In this document: piece after piece, positions 40,865 through 50,270 of the stretch
Numbering within the stretch: position 1 is the first letter of the stretch
Layout of the letters: every line of letters begins with the position of its first letter
Source: a virus
DNA length: 64,000 nt
Virus record (IMG/VR): IMGVR_UViG_3300042898_001429
Location: 30,523 to 94,522 of that record
Strand: one strand, 5' to 3'
Made by a program: the position numbers and the translations under genes
The notes under the pieces: model-generated
Seen by the model: only the letters and a program-made list of their open reading frames with translations
Database searches by the model: none
What the model was told of the DNA's origin: nothing

Positions 40865-42394
40865 TTACTTTCTACGAGAGTCAGATGACGAAGAACTACT
40901 GGTAGATGAAGAAACAGAAACTGCTGGTGCCATAAATAATACCCCAGATGCAGCAATTAAAACTCTACGCTGGCCCACGTTGATACTTGAGCCAACAGGC
41001 ACATACGTATTAAACTTGCCACCGAACACGTTAATCTGTTCCTCAAAGGCTGCCCGAACTTCTTCTGGTGCATCTTGCACGGCTTCAATCAGTTGTTCTG
41101 CCTGTGCATCAGACAGGTCAGAGACTTCAACGGCATCAAAGATTTCAGTTGCTTGCTCAGATGTTACTGATTGCAAAACCTCTGGGTTAGTGGCGAGTGC
41201 GGTTGCTTCTTCAGCACTGACACCTTGTTCAATAATATTATCCACAGCCGCTGCAATTTCAGATTGGGGCAATATACTGATAGCGCCAAGCAATGCTGTT
41301 ACCTCTGGGTCAACTTGTACAAGTTCTTGTACAGGTTCAGTTGTAGTGGTTGTATTAGGCACTGTAGTGGTCGTAGAGGTACTTGTACTCGTTGTTGTGG
41401 ACACAGGGGCCAAAGTGGTACTAGTTGTAGAGGTACTTGTGGTACCCGTCACAGGTGCTATCGTGGTAGTTGTCTCAGGAACCGTTGTGGAGGTTGTGGA
41501 TGTTGTACTTGTCGGTAGTTCTGTTGTTGTCGGCGGCTCTGTTGTCGTTGTCGTTATCAAAATGGTGGTGGTGGTAGTAGATGACGTGGTTGTGGTTGGT
41601 GCCAGTGTCGTTGTGGTTGTGGATGTTGTGGAAGTCGTGGTAGACGACGTAGTGGTCGTAGTTGCAGTAACACCAGTAATCTGAGTGGAATACGCAGAAT
41701 AAACACGAACTGTGTCATTATCTGCCCGAACCCTGATTTGACAGGTTGTATTAGAGGGTAAGTCCTCAATAATGGCGCTAGTGGTCTGCGAAATAGCACC
41801 TAAGTGTGGTTGTGAACCATCGTCACAATCTACAAGAACTATGTATTGTTCTATTTCAGTATTTGAAGACTCTGGTTCATCCCAACTAATGTAAATCTTA
41901 GTTGAGTTTACAGATGTGACCCGCACGTTTGTTGGGGCATTTAAATATGGGGCAAGGGTAGTAGTTGTCGTACTAGTACTGGTAGTGCTGGTTGTAGTCG
42001 TTGGGGGTGCATTTGTGGGGGCAGAACTAGTATCTACCACATATGAAGTTCCATACCAACTATCAGGGTTTCCACAGCAAACGCTTGTGCGTAGGCGGTA
42101 AGTACCTGTATTTTGAACAGCATAAGAAATATATGAATCTAGACCAAAGTAGTCGTCATTTACGCCAACAACTGTGCCCTCGTTGTTATATAGCCACAGT
42201 TGGCTGTCAATACCATATTGTTGGGCGTACGTCCGTACCGTAAAGGTTGTACCAGCGTCTAAGGTAAAGTAATAGTCATCAGGACCTGTAGTGGTAAAGA
42301 TGTCGGCTTTGGCGGAGGGAGACGGATAAAACCCCAGGAATGTGAGCATTACCCACAGGAAACAACTTGTAATCCGCAAACGGGATTTAAGCAT
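40865..42394 (-). CDS. Secreted/membrane-anchored protein: PPC-like and Fn3 domains, Thr-rich mucin-like stalk
   Basis: Signal-peptide-like N-terminus, DSQLWLYN..NDD..GLDS, APTNVRV..ISWDEP, long Thr-rich tract, C-terminal hydrophobic segment. Confidence 0.7.
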   Translation of the reverse strand: MLKSRLRITSCFLWVMLTFLGFYPSPSAKADIFTTTGPDDYYFTLDAGTTFTVRTYAQQYGIDSQLWLYNNEGTVVGVNDDYFGLDSYISYAVQNTGTYRLRTSVCCGNPDSWYGTSYVVDTSSAPTNAPPTTTTSTTSTSTTTTTLAPYLNAPTNVRVTSVNSTKIYISWDEPESSNTEIEQYIVLVDCDDGSQPHLGAISQTTSAIIEDLPSNTTCQIRVRADNDTVRVYSAYSTQITGVTATTTTTSSTTTSTTSTTTTTLAPTTTTSSTTTTTILITTTTTEPPTTTELPTSTTSTTSTTVPETTTTIAPVTGTTSTSTTSTTLAPVSTTTSTSTSTTTTVPNTTTTTEPVQELVQVDPEVTALLGAISILPQSEIAAAVDNIIEQGVSAEEATALATNPEVLQSVTSEQATEIFDAVEVSDLSDAQAEQLIEAVQDAPEEVRAAFEEQINVFGGKFNTYVPVGSSINVGQRRVLIAASGVLFMAPAVSVSSSTSSSSSSDSRRK

Positions 42395-42427
42395 TAAACA
42401 AGTTTATCAGTGTTAGAGTAATAGCAT

Positions 42428-42991
42428 ATGAACCGATTAAACGTAGGTTGTGGACCATTTTATGCAGATGGATGGGTTAACACAGATGTATTCCAAAGTG
42501 AGAACATAACACCCGATGTCTTAGTAAAAGGTGGAGAACCTTATCCATTTGATGATTCATCTTTTGATGCTATATACCTTGGTCATATTCTTGAACATAT
42601 TTCTTGGAATGATGTGCCGTCATTTTTAAATGAAATCTCACGTATTGCTACACCAGATGCTCAAATTATGGTAGTTGGTCCTGATGTCTTTAAAGTTCTT
42701 AATATGTGGAAAAACGATGAATTAAGTATTACTGATGTAATGATTACGTTAGAACACCAAGACAAAAACTTTCAATATGAAGAAGACGGAATTATGTGGG
42801 ATGGCGCTCCCCACTATTGGAATTGCCATGAAGACCGAATTATTGACTTATTAAACAATATGGGATTTAGAGATGTCTGCAATCAATATGATTCTTTAAT
42901 CCTTACAAATGACGATGTTTGTGGGGTTAAATGGCCTGTAACTTCACGAGTTAAATGGCAAATGGCTGTTTCTTTTAAAAACAACAAGTAG
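42428..42991 (+). CDS. Class I SAM-dependent methyltransferase (type 11)
   Basis: LNVGCG, YPFDDSSFDAIYLGHILEHI. Confidence 0.85.
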   Translation: MNRLNVGCGPFYADGWVNTDVFQSENITPDVLVKGGEPYPFDDSSFDAIYLGHILEHISWNDVPSFLNEISRIATPDAQIMVVGPDVFKVLNMWKNDELSITDVMITLEHQDKNFQYEEDGIMWDGAPHYWNCHEDRIIDLLNNMGFRDVCNQYDSLILTNDDVCGVKWPVTSRVKWQMAVSFKNNK

Positions 42992-42997
42992 ACACGA

Positions 42998-43025
42998 AGA
43001 CGGACCGCTCGCAAGCAATCCGTCT
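42998..43025 (-). terminator. Hairpin between convergent genes
   Basis: Minus strand AGACGGATTGCT-TGCG-AGCGGTCCGTCT, stem with G-U pairs. Confidence 0.5.
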
Positions 43026-43077
43026 CGGTGGGTAAAACCTCACTATTAATTATACACTAAATGAGAATTAGTGAGAA

Positions 43078-43659
43078 TTACCAACGATTTGGTAGACCTG
43101 CTGTGTTTGCATTATGGTGATGCCAATTCCATGTGATATCTGGAATTGCTAAAAACTTACCACCTGCGTCATGAATGCTTTTCCAAAATGGGAAATCTTG
43201 GAATTCCCATGCACCTATTTTGTTGTTATCTGGCATAAAAGTGGCATTTGAATCTAAAATTAAAGAACGACGAACTAAACAAGTTATAGGGAAACAGAGG
43301 GGAGATTCAATATCAAACTGTTTCCCTTTGTTCATTGGAAAAGGGTCTGAACCATTAATAACATCAAACCAGCCCCATACAACATCTGCTTGTTGGTCAT
43401 GTGCTGCATTAAGTAATGTTCCAACATGGTGAGGTTGAAACTCGTCATCGTCATCTAGAAAAGCAATCCACTCGCTATTTGCCATTTTTATAGCATTATT
43501 GCGGTTTTCCCATGCACCTTCTTTTTTAAGGTCAAGTGAGATAGCAATTTCAGATACAGGGTGTGTTTGCGTAAAAACACTTGGAAGTGCACGAGATGTA
43601 AGCAGATGAGAGCGTGTAGGGATGGAAGGTATACAAACGCTAACTGTGTCCGTGCTCAT
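43078..43659 (-). CDS. Glycosyltransferase family 2
   Basis: VSVCIPS, RNNAI, WIAFLDDDD motifs. Confidence 0.85.
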   Translation of the reverse strand: MSTDTVSVCIPSIPTRSHLLTSRALPSVFTQTHPVSEIAISLDLKKEGAWENRNNAIKMANSEWIAFLDDDDEFQPHHVGTLLNAAHDQQADVVWGWFDVINGSDPFPMNKGKQFDIESPLCFPITCLVRRSLILDSNATFMPDNNKIGAWEFQDFPFWKSIHDAGGKFLAIPDITWNWHHHNANTAGLPNRW

Positions 43660-43790
43660 CAATAAATTCCCTCACAACAAGAGTCCCTAGAGCCACAAGA
43701 TTCGCACCGATAATGAGCGTGTTCAGGGCGCATTTGACCGCCACACCACACACATTGCTCAGACAGGTCACAGACTTTCTCATCTGACAT
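43659..43790 (-). CDS. Small Zn-ribbon protein (43 aa)
   Basis: Manual ORF ...CVWCGGQMRPEHAHYRCESCGSRDSCCEG. Confidence 0.55.
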   Translation of the reverse strand: MSDEKVCDLSEQCVWCGGQMRPEHAHYRCESCGSRDSCCEGIY

Positions 43791-44263
43791 TAGTCGTAAT
43801 CTGTTCCAGATTCCTGGACAAAGTTGTTGAGGTCAGTGTGCAAGACAGTTGGGTCAGGCCAATCTTCTGCTGTAGCAGGACTTCCCAATCCGTGGCGGTT
43901 GTAATCATTGTAATCAATGAGGTCTACTGCCCCACGCTTAGGGTGATGTAATTCCATCATCATTCCCATATGTACACCCTTCCAACCTGATGGATGCTTG
44001 ATTTCATAAACAGTAGTGTCATAGTCAGAGTTAAACCGCACATTTCCCAATCGTCCATGCGCTGGGTTGTTTACCTCATACTTTTGGCGAAACTGCTCAT
44101 TTTCACGATTTTGCTTTGAAAGTACATGGTGTTCATAGTCTTGAAAACCGTCGGCTTGTGCCATACCATCAAGAAGGTGTTGACCAAAGGCAGCGCCTGC
44201 AATCTCGTTCTCTTCACGCTTGGACATGCCAAACTGTTCACTAAAGTGTTCTTTTCCAGGCAT
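43790..44263 (-). CDS. Hypothetical protein (N-terminal HFSEQFG)
   Basis: Clean ORF, AGGA RBS. Confidence 0.6.
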   Translation of the reverse strand: MPGKEHFSEQFGMSKREENEIAGAAFGQHLLDGMAQADGFQDYEHHVLSKQNRENEQFRQKYEVNNPAHGRLGNVRFNSDYDTTVYEIKHPSGWKGVHMGMMMELHHPKRGAVDLIDYNDYNRHGLGSPATAEDWPDPTVLHTDLNNFVQESGTDYD

Positions 44264-44630
44264 CTTGTCCTACTTCTGTACGTCTAGAGTAATAATCCAC
44301 TCAGTTTCAGCAAGACGCTGAACACCCATGGTGATAGAACGCTTAAAACCATTGCTAGTTGCCATGTTCTGAGCAATAGAGATGGCTTCACTTTGCGAAA
44401 CAGTATGAACTGGGTACTTTACGACCATGCTTTATTCCAACTCTTTAAAGAGTCCCTAGTGCCATCAAGGGTATCGTCCAACACGCAACTTGGTTCTTCA
44501 CAAATCAAAATCTTGTGGGCTTGTTCAATAACATCCAATGATTCTATTTGAAGATTTCTCATCAACTTTGATAAAGCCCAATTAGCAAGGATAATACCTT
44601 GCAATAAAAGAACTACTTTAACTCGCTTTG

Positions 44631-45581
44631 TCATGCTTCCCAAGGGAGTTTGTAGTTAACTTCATCTGGGTGGTGTTGGTGCTCTAAATAATCGTCAGGT
44701 CCAAAAATGTCACGTTGCCCACCTTTACCAGTGCCTTGAACTTTAAATTGCTGAGACAATGCAACCCAGTCAGGATTCTTCTTATCTGCTGGCTCATATT
44801 CAGGAACTTTCATGGTGTTTTTGTAGTCAAACGCAAAATCACCCATATCAGTAGATTGACCAGTTCCAAATGAACCTTTACGTTGCCCTTCAGGAACATT
44901 GACACTTTCAGGTCGTAGTACTGCTTGAGGGATTGGTTTATCTTTACGTATGCTAGGAATTACTGGAGAAGCACCTAGTGCAGTTCCTGGGTCACTTGCA
45001 AACTTTCGGTCAGAACCAATGGAGCGTCCTAAGAGTTCAACACCTTTAGCACGGTATGCTTGGCAGTTAGGGTGATTACAAGATGGTCCTGCAATTTTCA
45101 AGAACAGCAGTCCTTGCTGACGGGCATTGGCCTCATCAGTAGTACGGGGAGTGTTGCGGTCAAAAGATGACGCACGAGGTCCTGCTGCAATATCCATTCC
45201 ACCAAAGCCAGAGGCACGGTATGAACCATGGGTATCAGCAGCATCAAAGTCGCTACTTCCACCAGTGTTTTTTCCGCCATCAACCATTGCTGAACCTACA
45301 AAGTGTTCACTTTCAGCGACAGCGGCGGCACTCTTGTCAGCCGCTCTAGTGATACCAAATTGTGTTGCTCCTGACCCACGTGTTCTTTCACGAGAAGCAC
45401 GGAGTGCGCTGTAGTTAGCGTCAATATTGGAAAAACCCTTACGCATGTCTTCAATGCGCTCTGGCGTGTAGTAACTGTCTTCTCCACCTTGTTCAATCTC
45501 AATGAGTTCTGAATCAGACGGGCCAGTCATACCCCCAAACTGGCTAGTAGACAATTTACTGTTATCAGGATTATTTGACAT
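44631..45581 (-). CDS. Hypothetical protein (N-terminal LSTSQFG)
   Basis: 316 aa ORF. Confidence 0.65.
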   Translation of the reverse strand: MSNNPDNSKLSTSQFGGMTGPSDSELIEIEQGGEDSYYTPERIEDMRKGFSNIDANYSALRASRERTRGSGATQFGITRAADKSAAAVAESEHFVGSAMVDGGKNTGGSSDFDAADTHGSYRASGFGGMDIAAGPRASSFDRNTPRTTDEANARQQGLLFLKIAGPSCNHPNCQAYRAKGVELLGRSIGSDRKFASDPGTALGASPVIPSIRKDKPIPQAVLRPESVNVPEGQRKGSFGTGQSTDMGDFAFDYKNTMKVPEYEPADKKNPDWVALSQQFKVQGTGKGGQRDIFGPDDYLEHQHHPDEVNYKLPWEA

Positions 45582-45585
45582 ACAA

Positions 45586-45921
45586 CTATTCTACATCATC
45601 AAATAATGTGGGTTTGTGCCCAGTATCAAAGTGCTTACGGCGATAACGGGGCTTTTTAAATGTTTCCCCAGGTAACCCATTATTAATCGCATTTAGAACT
45701 GTACTATCCTCGTCTTTAGTAACGGGTACGTTCTTTACTACTTTTCCTTCGGGCTTATCTTCAGCCGCTGATGCTCGTGCTGCTTCAGCCTTTCCTTGTT
45801 CTGCAAGGTTTGCTGCGTTCTCTGCTTCTTTCTTTTTACGCCATTCCGCCATCTTGCGGTCTTTGTTAGGCGTAAAGTCTGGGCCAGAGAACCTGTCGTA
45901 GTCTTTACCTGATAGTCCCAT
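45586..45921 (-). CDS. Hypothetical protein
   Basis: Charged ORF, TAATG-coupled. Confidence 0.55.
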   Translation of the reverse strand: MGLSGKDYDRFSGPDFTPNKDRKMAEWRKKKEAENAANLAEQGKAEAARASAAEDKPEGKVVKNVPVTKDEDSTVLNAINNGLPGETFKKPRYRRKHFDTGHKPTLFDDVE

Positions 45922-46085
45922 TAGTTGGACTCATCATAATGATACATCTGCTGGTACTCTACATCACTTGTTTTAAACTTACGTAGTTTCCCAGTTCTGT
46001 CGTAATACAAGGTGTTACCCTCATCATCCGTGTACTCATTCTCTTCTGGGTCACTCCAGCGCTTAGATGTTGGCATATAGATAGT

Positions 46086-46319
46086 CTACTTCTTTGCGCC
46101 TTTGTCAACCTTGTTGAAGACATCATTTATTTCGTCGGCGTCAATCTTGCCGTCATCCATGTAGGCACGGGCTAAACCTTCAATAACAGTGGCAACGCCA
46201 CCAACACCAGCCATTAGGACTGCCTTCCAGAGGTCAACACCAGCAATAGCACCCGCACCCACCACAGATAAGCCAGATGCGGCAAAAACGGCAAGGATAC
46301 GAAGGATAATCTGTTTCAC
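46086..46319 (-). CDS. Holin-like membrane protein
   Basis: Two TM segments, DDGKIDADEINDVF tail. Confidence 0.55.
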   Translation of the reverse strand: MKQIILRILAVFAASGLSVVGAGAIAGVDLWKAVLMAGVGGVATVIEGLARAYMDDGKIDADEINDVFNKVDKGAKK

Positions 46320-47023
46320 TAATCCATTTTAGCAAAAAATTCAAGTATTTTATTCCTACTAGCGGCATGCAAGCCATCATGACTGTTGCCACGTATTGTT
46401 GATTGGCTTTCTGCTAGTTCTACAAACATTGGGTAGACATAGGTAACACAATCATTAAATAGTACGTTCTCTGCTATCCCCATATTGACAATAGTTTTTA
46501 TCAATCCATCTTTAATATGCTTAGATACCAAGGTTTGGGCGTACTCTCGGTGTATAAGGTATACCCCACTGCTCCAGTCCTCCCCTTTGTCCCGTTCCCG
46601 TAGTCTCATATGGCTGTCCTGCCATTCAATACGTATAGAAGACATCTGAAAAACAACACATTCTTCTGGAAGTTGCTCAAACAAGTCTTTCCATGAGATT
46701 TTCCAATTTTTCACTAATTCAAAAGACATATCATCTTCAAAGAAAATAGCGTATGGTGAGTCACTTGTGTTTAACCAATGTTCTATTGCCAAAAAGTGGG
46801 ATGCAGCACAAGCGTGCTCAGTAGGCATCATGACGGGATTTTGCTCTATAACAACACCCTGTGCTTCTAAATCCTTAGCAGCATCTATAGCGGTTACAAA
46901 TGAAAAGTCAGTAATACCATGCTCTTCAAATTGAGCAATCATATTTTCTTTTCGTTCAGGGCTTCGTTCCAAATTAATAACATAAATAGGGCCAAAGCCC
47001 TCAAAATTGTGTGGGGTATTCAT
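46319..47023 (-). CDS. Glycosyltransferase family 25
   Basis: IYVINLERSPERK, ACAASH, IFFEDD motifs. Confidence 0.88.
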   Translation of the reverse strand: MNTPHNFEGFGPIYVINLERSPERKENMIAQFEEHGITDFSFVTAIDAAKDLEAQGVVIEQNPVMMPTEHACAASHFLAIEHWLNTSDSPYAIFFEDDMSFELVKNWKISWKDLFEQLPEECVVFQMSSIRIEWQDSHMRLRERDKGEDWSSGVYLIHREYAQTLVSKHIKDGLIKTIVNMGIAENVLFNDCVTYVYPMFVELAESQSTIRGNSHDGLHAASRNKILEFFAKMD

Positions 47024-47049
47024 GACCGATAGTTTACTTGTTTTGCTTA

Positions 47050-47205
47050 TTAAGCGTCAGAAAAGTCTTTTTCTTCTTCTTTTTTAGGCTTGTAAGAAGG
47101 GTGATTCCTCTTAGTAGCCTCAATGCGGTCAAACTGTGCGCTTAACTTGCGCTGACGGTACTGGTCTAGATACACCACGTTGGTTTGGTCTTCAGCCATT
47201 GCCAT
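47050..47205 (-). CDS. Small hypothetical protein (contains KLSAQF)
   Basis: Manual ORF MAMAEDQTNVVYLDQYRQRKLSAQFDRIE... Confidence 0.45.
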   Translation of the reverse strand: MAMAEDQTNVVYLDQYRQRKLSAQFDRIEATKRNHPSYKPKKEEEKDFSDA

Positions 47206-47207
47206 TA

Positions 47208-47381
47208 TTATTCGTTTCGGCTATCTGGACGATTTTTACCGAGAGCCTCATCCAAGTCAGGTAAAAATCTTTCAGGGTTCTTCTCGTACATGTTAGGGAA
47301 CTTGCGAGTTGCAGACGCTGCAAGGTATTCTTCCCACGTTGGTTTAGCAGGACGGGAGAACTGTTCAGGGTTAAGAACCAT
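47208..47381 (-). CDS. Small hypothetical protein (MVLNPEQF...)
   Basis: TAAACT-N7-ATG leaderless start at 47381. Confidence 0.55.
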   Translation of the reverse strand: MVLNPEQFSRPAKPTWEEYLAASATRKFPNMYEKNPERFLPDLDEALGKNRPDSRNE

Positions 47382-47403
47382 AACTACCAGTTTACTTCTT
47401 AAA

Positions 47404-47577
47404 TTATCCGCCGTTGCGGTAAAAACCACGCCCAATAAGGTTAATAACAGGCGCAGAGAAGATTCTTTTCAACTCGCCAGCACATACAGGACAGTTTTCT
47501 TGTAACTGTGGCTTATGAACAGACCGTTCCTCTTCATAATAGTGCTCATTGGTGCATTTGTACTGATAAATTGCCAT
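47404..47577 (-). CDS. FmdB-family zinc ribbon protein
   Basis: Manual ORF MAIYQYKCTNEH...CPVCAGELKRIFSAPVINLIGRGFY. Confidence 0.75.
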   Translation of the reverse strand: MAIYQYKCTNEHYYEEERSVHKPQLQENCPVCAGELKRIFSAPVINLIGRGFYRNGG

Positions 47578-47639
47578 TTTGTGTCCTACTCAACCCGAAA
47601 AATTTTGTATTTCTGGGGATAACTCTCTAATAATCTACT

Positions 47640-48071
47640 TTAAAACTTCTCTTTAGCAGCATGTGGGTAACTTTTTGCATAATCATCCATCTCATTACCG
47701 CTGTAGTTGAAGTCACTATCATACACAACGGGTACATAGACGGTTTTACCCTCTTTAGCGAGGTCACTAGCGGCTTGTACACGATGGTGACCTTGTCCCA
47801 TGGTGAAAGTACCATCTTGTTCAGGGACAATCGTGACATGACGCCGTACACCCTCTTTAGCAATGGTGTCTTTCAACCCTTTACTCTTCTTGTCTTCCCA
47901 TAACTCGTCCATGGTCTGCTCAGGTGCTACCAAAATTTTACCTGTTTCTGGGTCCACATCCTGAACATATTCACCCTGACGGTCAACCGAATCGGACACG
48001 AGACCCTTGATTTCATCACCAGTCATGAATAACTTGTACTGGTAGGGGCTTAGATGGTTACGTGCAGACAT
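47640..48071 (-). CDS. ParB/Sulfiredoxin N-terminal-domain protein (no HTH)
   Basis: IAKEGVRRHVTI...MGQGHHRVQAA. Confidence 0.65.
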   Translation of the reverse strand: MSARNHLSPYQYKLFMTGDEIKGLVSDSVDRQGEYVQDVDPETGKILVAPEQTMDELWEDKKSKGLKDTIAKEGVRRHVTIVPEQDGTFTMGQGHHRVQAASDLAKEGKTVYVPVVYDSDFNYSGNEMDDYAKSYPHAAKEKF

Positions 48072-48073
48072 TC

Positions 48074-48511
48074 TTACTTATTATACTCTTCCACGTCAGA
48101 GGGGCCACGGCGCTTATGTTCAGGACTTCCAGGAATAGGGTCTTGGTCTGGACGTGCAGTACCACGAGATACTGACCCAAAGCGAGTTGCAAGACGCTTT
48201 TCATATCGGTGGCGAGGCTCTACTAGTGGAACAGGTGCTGTAGAGTCAAATTGGTTACTCGTGAAGTCTACGATGTATGGTCCACGGCTTGTGGGTACAT
48301 TCACAGCAGCATGACCGAAGTCGTCTCCAGCGTCATACGGCTGTAGGTGAGAACCAGATACACCACCATGTTCAATAAAATGGTCTGAGTATTCGTAGCA
48401 CATACCCTTTTGACGCTTGTCTGTATCAGAGAAGTCTTTGAAGTACCGCTCACCATGCGCTTGTGCAATTGTGCGTAGGTGGTCAGGGTTGATATGGTCA
48501 GATGCTGACAT
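48074..48511 (-). CDS. Papain/transglutaminase-like C-H-D protein
   Basis: GMCYEYS...GHAAV...YIVDFTSNQF. Confidence 0.55.
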   Translation of the reverse strand: MSASDHINPDHLRTIAQAHGERYFKDFSDTDKRQKGMCYEYSDHFIEHGGVSGSHLQPYDAGDDFGHAAVNVPTSRGPYIVDFTSNQFDSTAPVPLVEPRHRYEKRLATRFGSVSRGTARPDQDPIPGSPEHKRRGPSDVEEYNK

Positions 48512-48825
48512 TAGTAACCGTACTGTACTGGGATAAAGGAGTCAGGGTTCAAGTCGTGTGCGATAGCGGTGCGGTGGTGACCATCCATAATGGTAGGTGC
48601 ACCCTTGCGGTCATTCAACCGAACTGGTGTTTGTACACCATTTTTCTTAATATCTTCTCGTAAACCAGAATAGGTAAGGGAAGGACCCTTACTTTGATAT
48701 ACATGCTCTTGATATAGGTTTGAATCTTTAAGACTTGATGCACTTGGGTCGTCGTTAGCACCAAAATTAACTAGTTCACCTGCTGTAAAGAACAAACGAC
48801 GCTGTAGGTGTTCAGATGCTGACAT
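48511..48825 (-). CDS. ParB/Sulfiredoxin N-terminal-domain protein (no HTH)
   Basis: LREDIKKNGVQTPVRL...IMDGHHRTAIA. Confidence 0.75.
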   Translation of the reverse strand: MSASEHLQRRLFFTAGELVNFGANDDPSASSLKDSNLYQEHVYQSKGPSLTYSGLREDIKKNGVQTPVRLNDRKGAPTIMDGHHRTAIAHDLNPDSFIPVQYGY

Positions 48826-49553
48826 TACCAGTTCTTACGTTCTCTATTTTGGATGGTGATGTTACTCTCAGGCATTACCCCTGTGTAGTCCATCGGAAGT
48901 GTTGGTTGTTCTAACGTCTGCTTCTCACCGAACTGAGCCATGTTCAGGCTAGGGGAAGGGACCATGTAAGAGGTTGTATGGTACCGAATAGACTCATTAT
49001 CCATCATGTCGTAGTCTAAATCTGGTGTTTCAGTATTATTCTGGTACGGTACAACTTTATTTTGACGTAATGCGTTAAGTGCTGACTTGACCAGTGGGTG
49101 GTCTACGCCATGGTTACTGCGTGACAAGTTAATTGATGTAGGGACGTTATGACCCTTTTCCTGCAAGAAGTGTGCGTGTGCCTCGTTAGCAATGTCATCT
49201 GGGACAGTTACTGGATGAATCTTGGCGTGGGGAGAGATAGCAAGCCTTTGTACGTTAGGAACGTCCTCTGGTCCATCATATAGAGGTTCGTCGTCGTCAT
49301 TGGTCTTGTATGACCAGTGTGGGTTAATACGCTGTGCTGCTTGGTCTGCTGAGCCAACATGAATAACTGGTGCCTTCATGAACTCTGGACGTAGGTCGGC
49401 GTGGGTACCGTGATACACCTCAATGCCTTCGGGATTTTTTCTAAAATCAGGAGAAGGGTTCTGCATCTGTTGCATCAAAGCAAACCGTGGGTTAAAGTCC
49501 TTCGGTGCTTCAGATGTAACTGGAATCTTACCAAAGAGGTCTTTGTTGAGCAT
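48825..49553 (-). CDS. Possible ADP-ribosyltransferase-fold protein
   Basis: VYHGT...IHVGSADQAAQR...YQN.TE...SYMV. Confidence 0.45.
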   Translation of the reverse strand: MLNKDLFGKIPVTSEAPKDFNPRFALMQQMQNPSPDFRKNPEGIEVYHGTHADLRPEFMKAPVIHVGSADQAAQRINPHWSYKTNDDDEPLYDGPEDVPNVQRLAISPHAKIHPVTVPDDIANEAHAHFLQEKGHNVPTSINLSRSNHGVDHPLVKSALNALRQNKVVPYQNNTETPDLDYDMMDNESIRYHTTSYMVPSPSLNMAQFGEKQTLEQPTLPMDYTGVMPESNITIQNRERKNW

Positions 49554-49864
49554 TATTCAACCTGCTTCAGCGCAAGTGGGGAGATGGAGTGTTTGAGTAC
49601 TTCACCGTTCTCTGCCCAGTCCCAAGGTGCAGAATTAGGTAATTCAACAGAAAACACTGCATCACCGTACTCACGAGCGTTATTAATGTTTTCAGAGAGG
49701 TATACACCTTCAGGATGCCCTGCCTCGTGGGTTTCACCCTCTTCTAGACCTTCATAGCCTTCGGCAGGGTTGTGTGCTACTAATCCATGCTTCTTGATGG
49801 ATTCAACGTTTTTGCTATTCGTACCATGATAGAAGGTATGGAACTGGTGGCGATTAAGAGTCAC
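49553..49864 (-). CDS. ADP-ribosyltransferase-fold protein (H-Y-type)
   Basis: FYHGT...SIKKHGL...GVYLSENINNAREYG..VFSV. Confidence 0.65.
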   Translation of the reverse strand: MTLNRHQFHTFYHGTNSKNVESIKKHGLVAHNPAEGYEGLEEGETHEAGHPEGVYLSENINNAREYGDAVFSVELPNSAPWDWAENGEVLKHSISPLALKQVE

Positions 49865-50100
49865 TTATAGTCCCAAGAGCCGATGCTTGTAGAGCATGAT
49901 GGACAAGTAAAACCATCTGGGTAGGAAGATTGAGGACCTTTACCAACATGAGACAAGCGTATTGCGTTTGTGTTCTTACGGTCAACTAGAGCGTATTCGG
50001 GGTCATTCTTTGCACAATCTGTACATATGGCTTCTTCACCAGTATCATACCCAACAATAGGGTTACCAGCACTTTCGTGAAAATGTTCGTTACGACTCAT
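49861..50100 (-). CDS. Small Zn-binding protein
   Basis: CTDC...CPSC; TAAACT-N6-ATG leaderless start. Confidence 0.6.
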   Translation of the reverse strand: MSRNEHFHESAGNPIVGYDTGEEAICTDCAKNDPEYALVDRKNTNAIRLSHVGKGPQSSYPDGFTCPSCSTSIGSWDYK

Positions 50101-50115
50101 CTACTAAGTTTACAA

Positions 50116-50131
50116 TGTTTCACGTGAAACA
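50116..50131. promoter_or_regulatory. parS: parS site (chromosomal type)
   Basis: TGTTTCACGTGAAACA, perfect 16-bp palindrome. Confidence 0.85.
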
Positions 50132-50247
50132 ATTTGGAATAGGGCTATGAAATCCCAGTTTTTCCGTTATCGCATTTTCCATTATGGGGCTATATGGGGT
50201 GTTGCTGGTCTTTGGGGGGTGGACCCTGCCCCCATACCCCGTGAAAA

Positions 50248-50270
50248 TACCCCCCTAACCATGGGGGGTA
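50248..50270 (-). terminator. Hairpin plus U-run directly after cassette promoter 1
   Basis: Minus strand TACCCCCC-ATGGTTA-GGGGGGTA then TTTT. Confidence 0.5.

Noticed and set aside
40980-41684. Plus-strand Val-rich ORF (also 38622..39380 and similar)
   Set aside because: Antisense shadows of Thr-rich minus-strand genes
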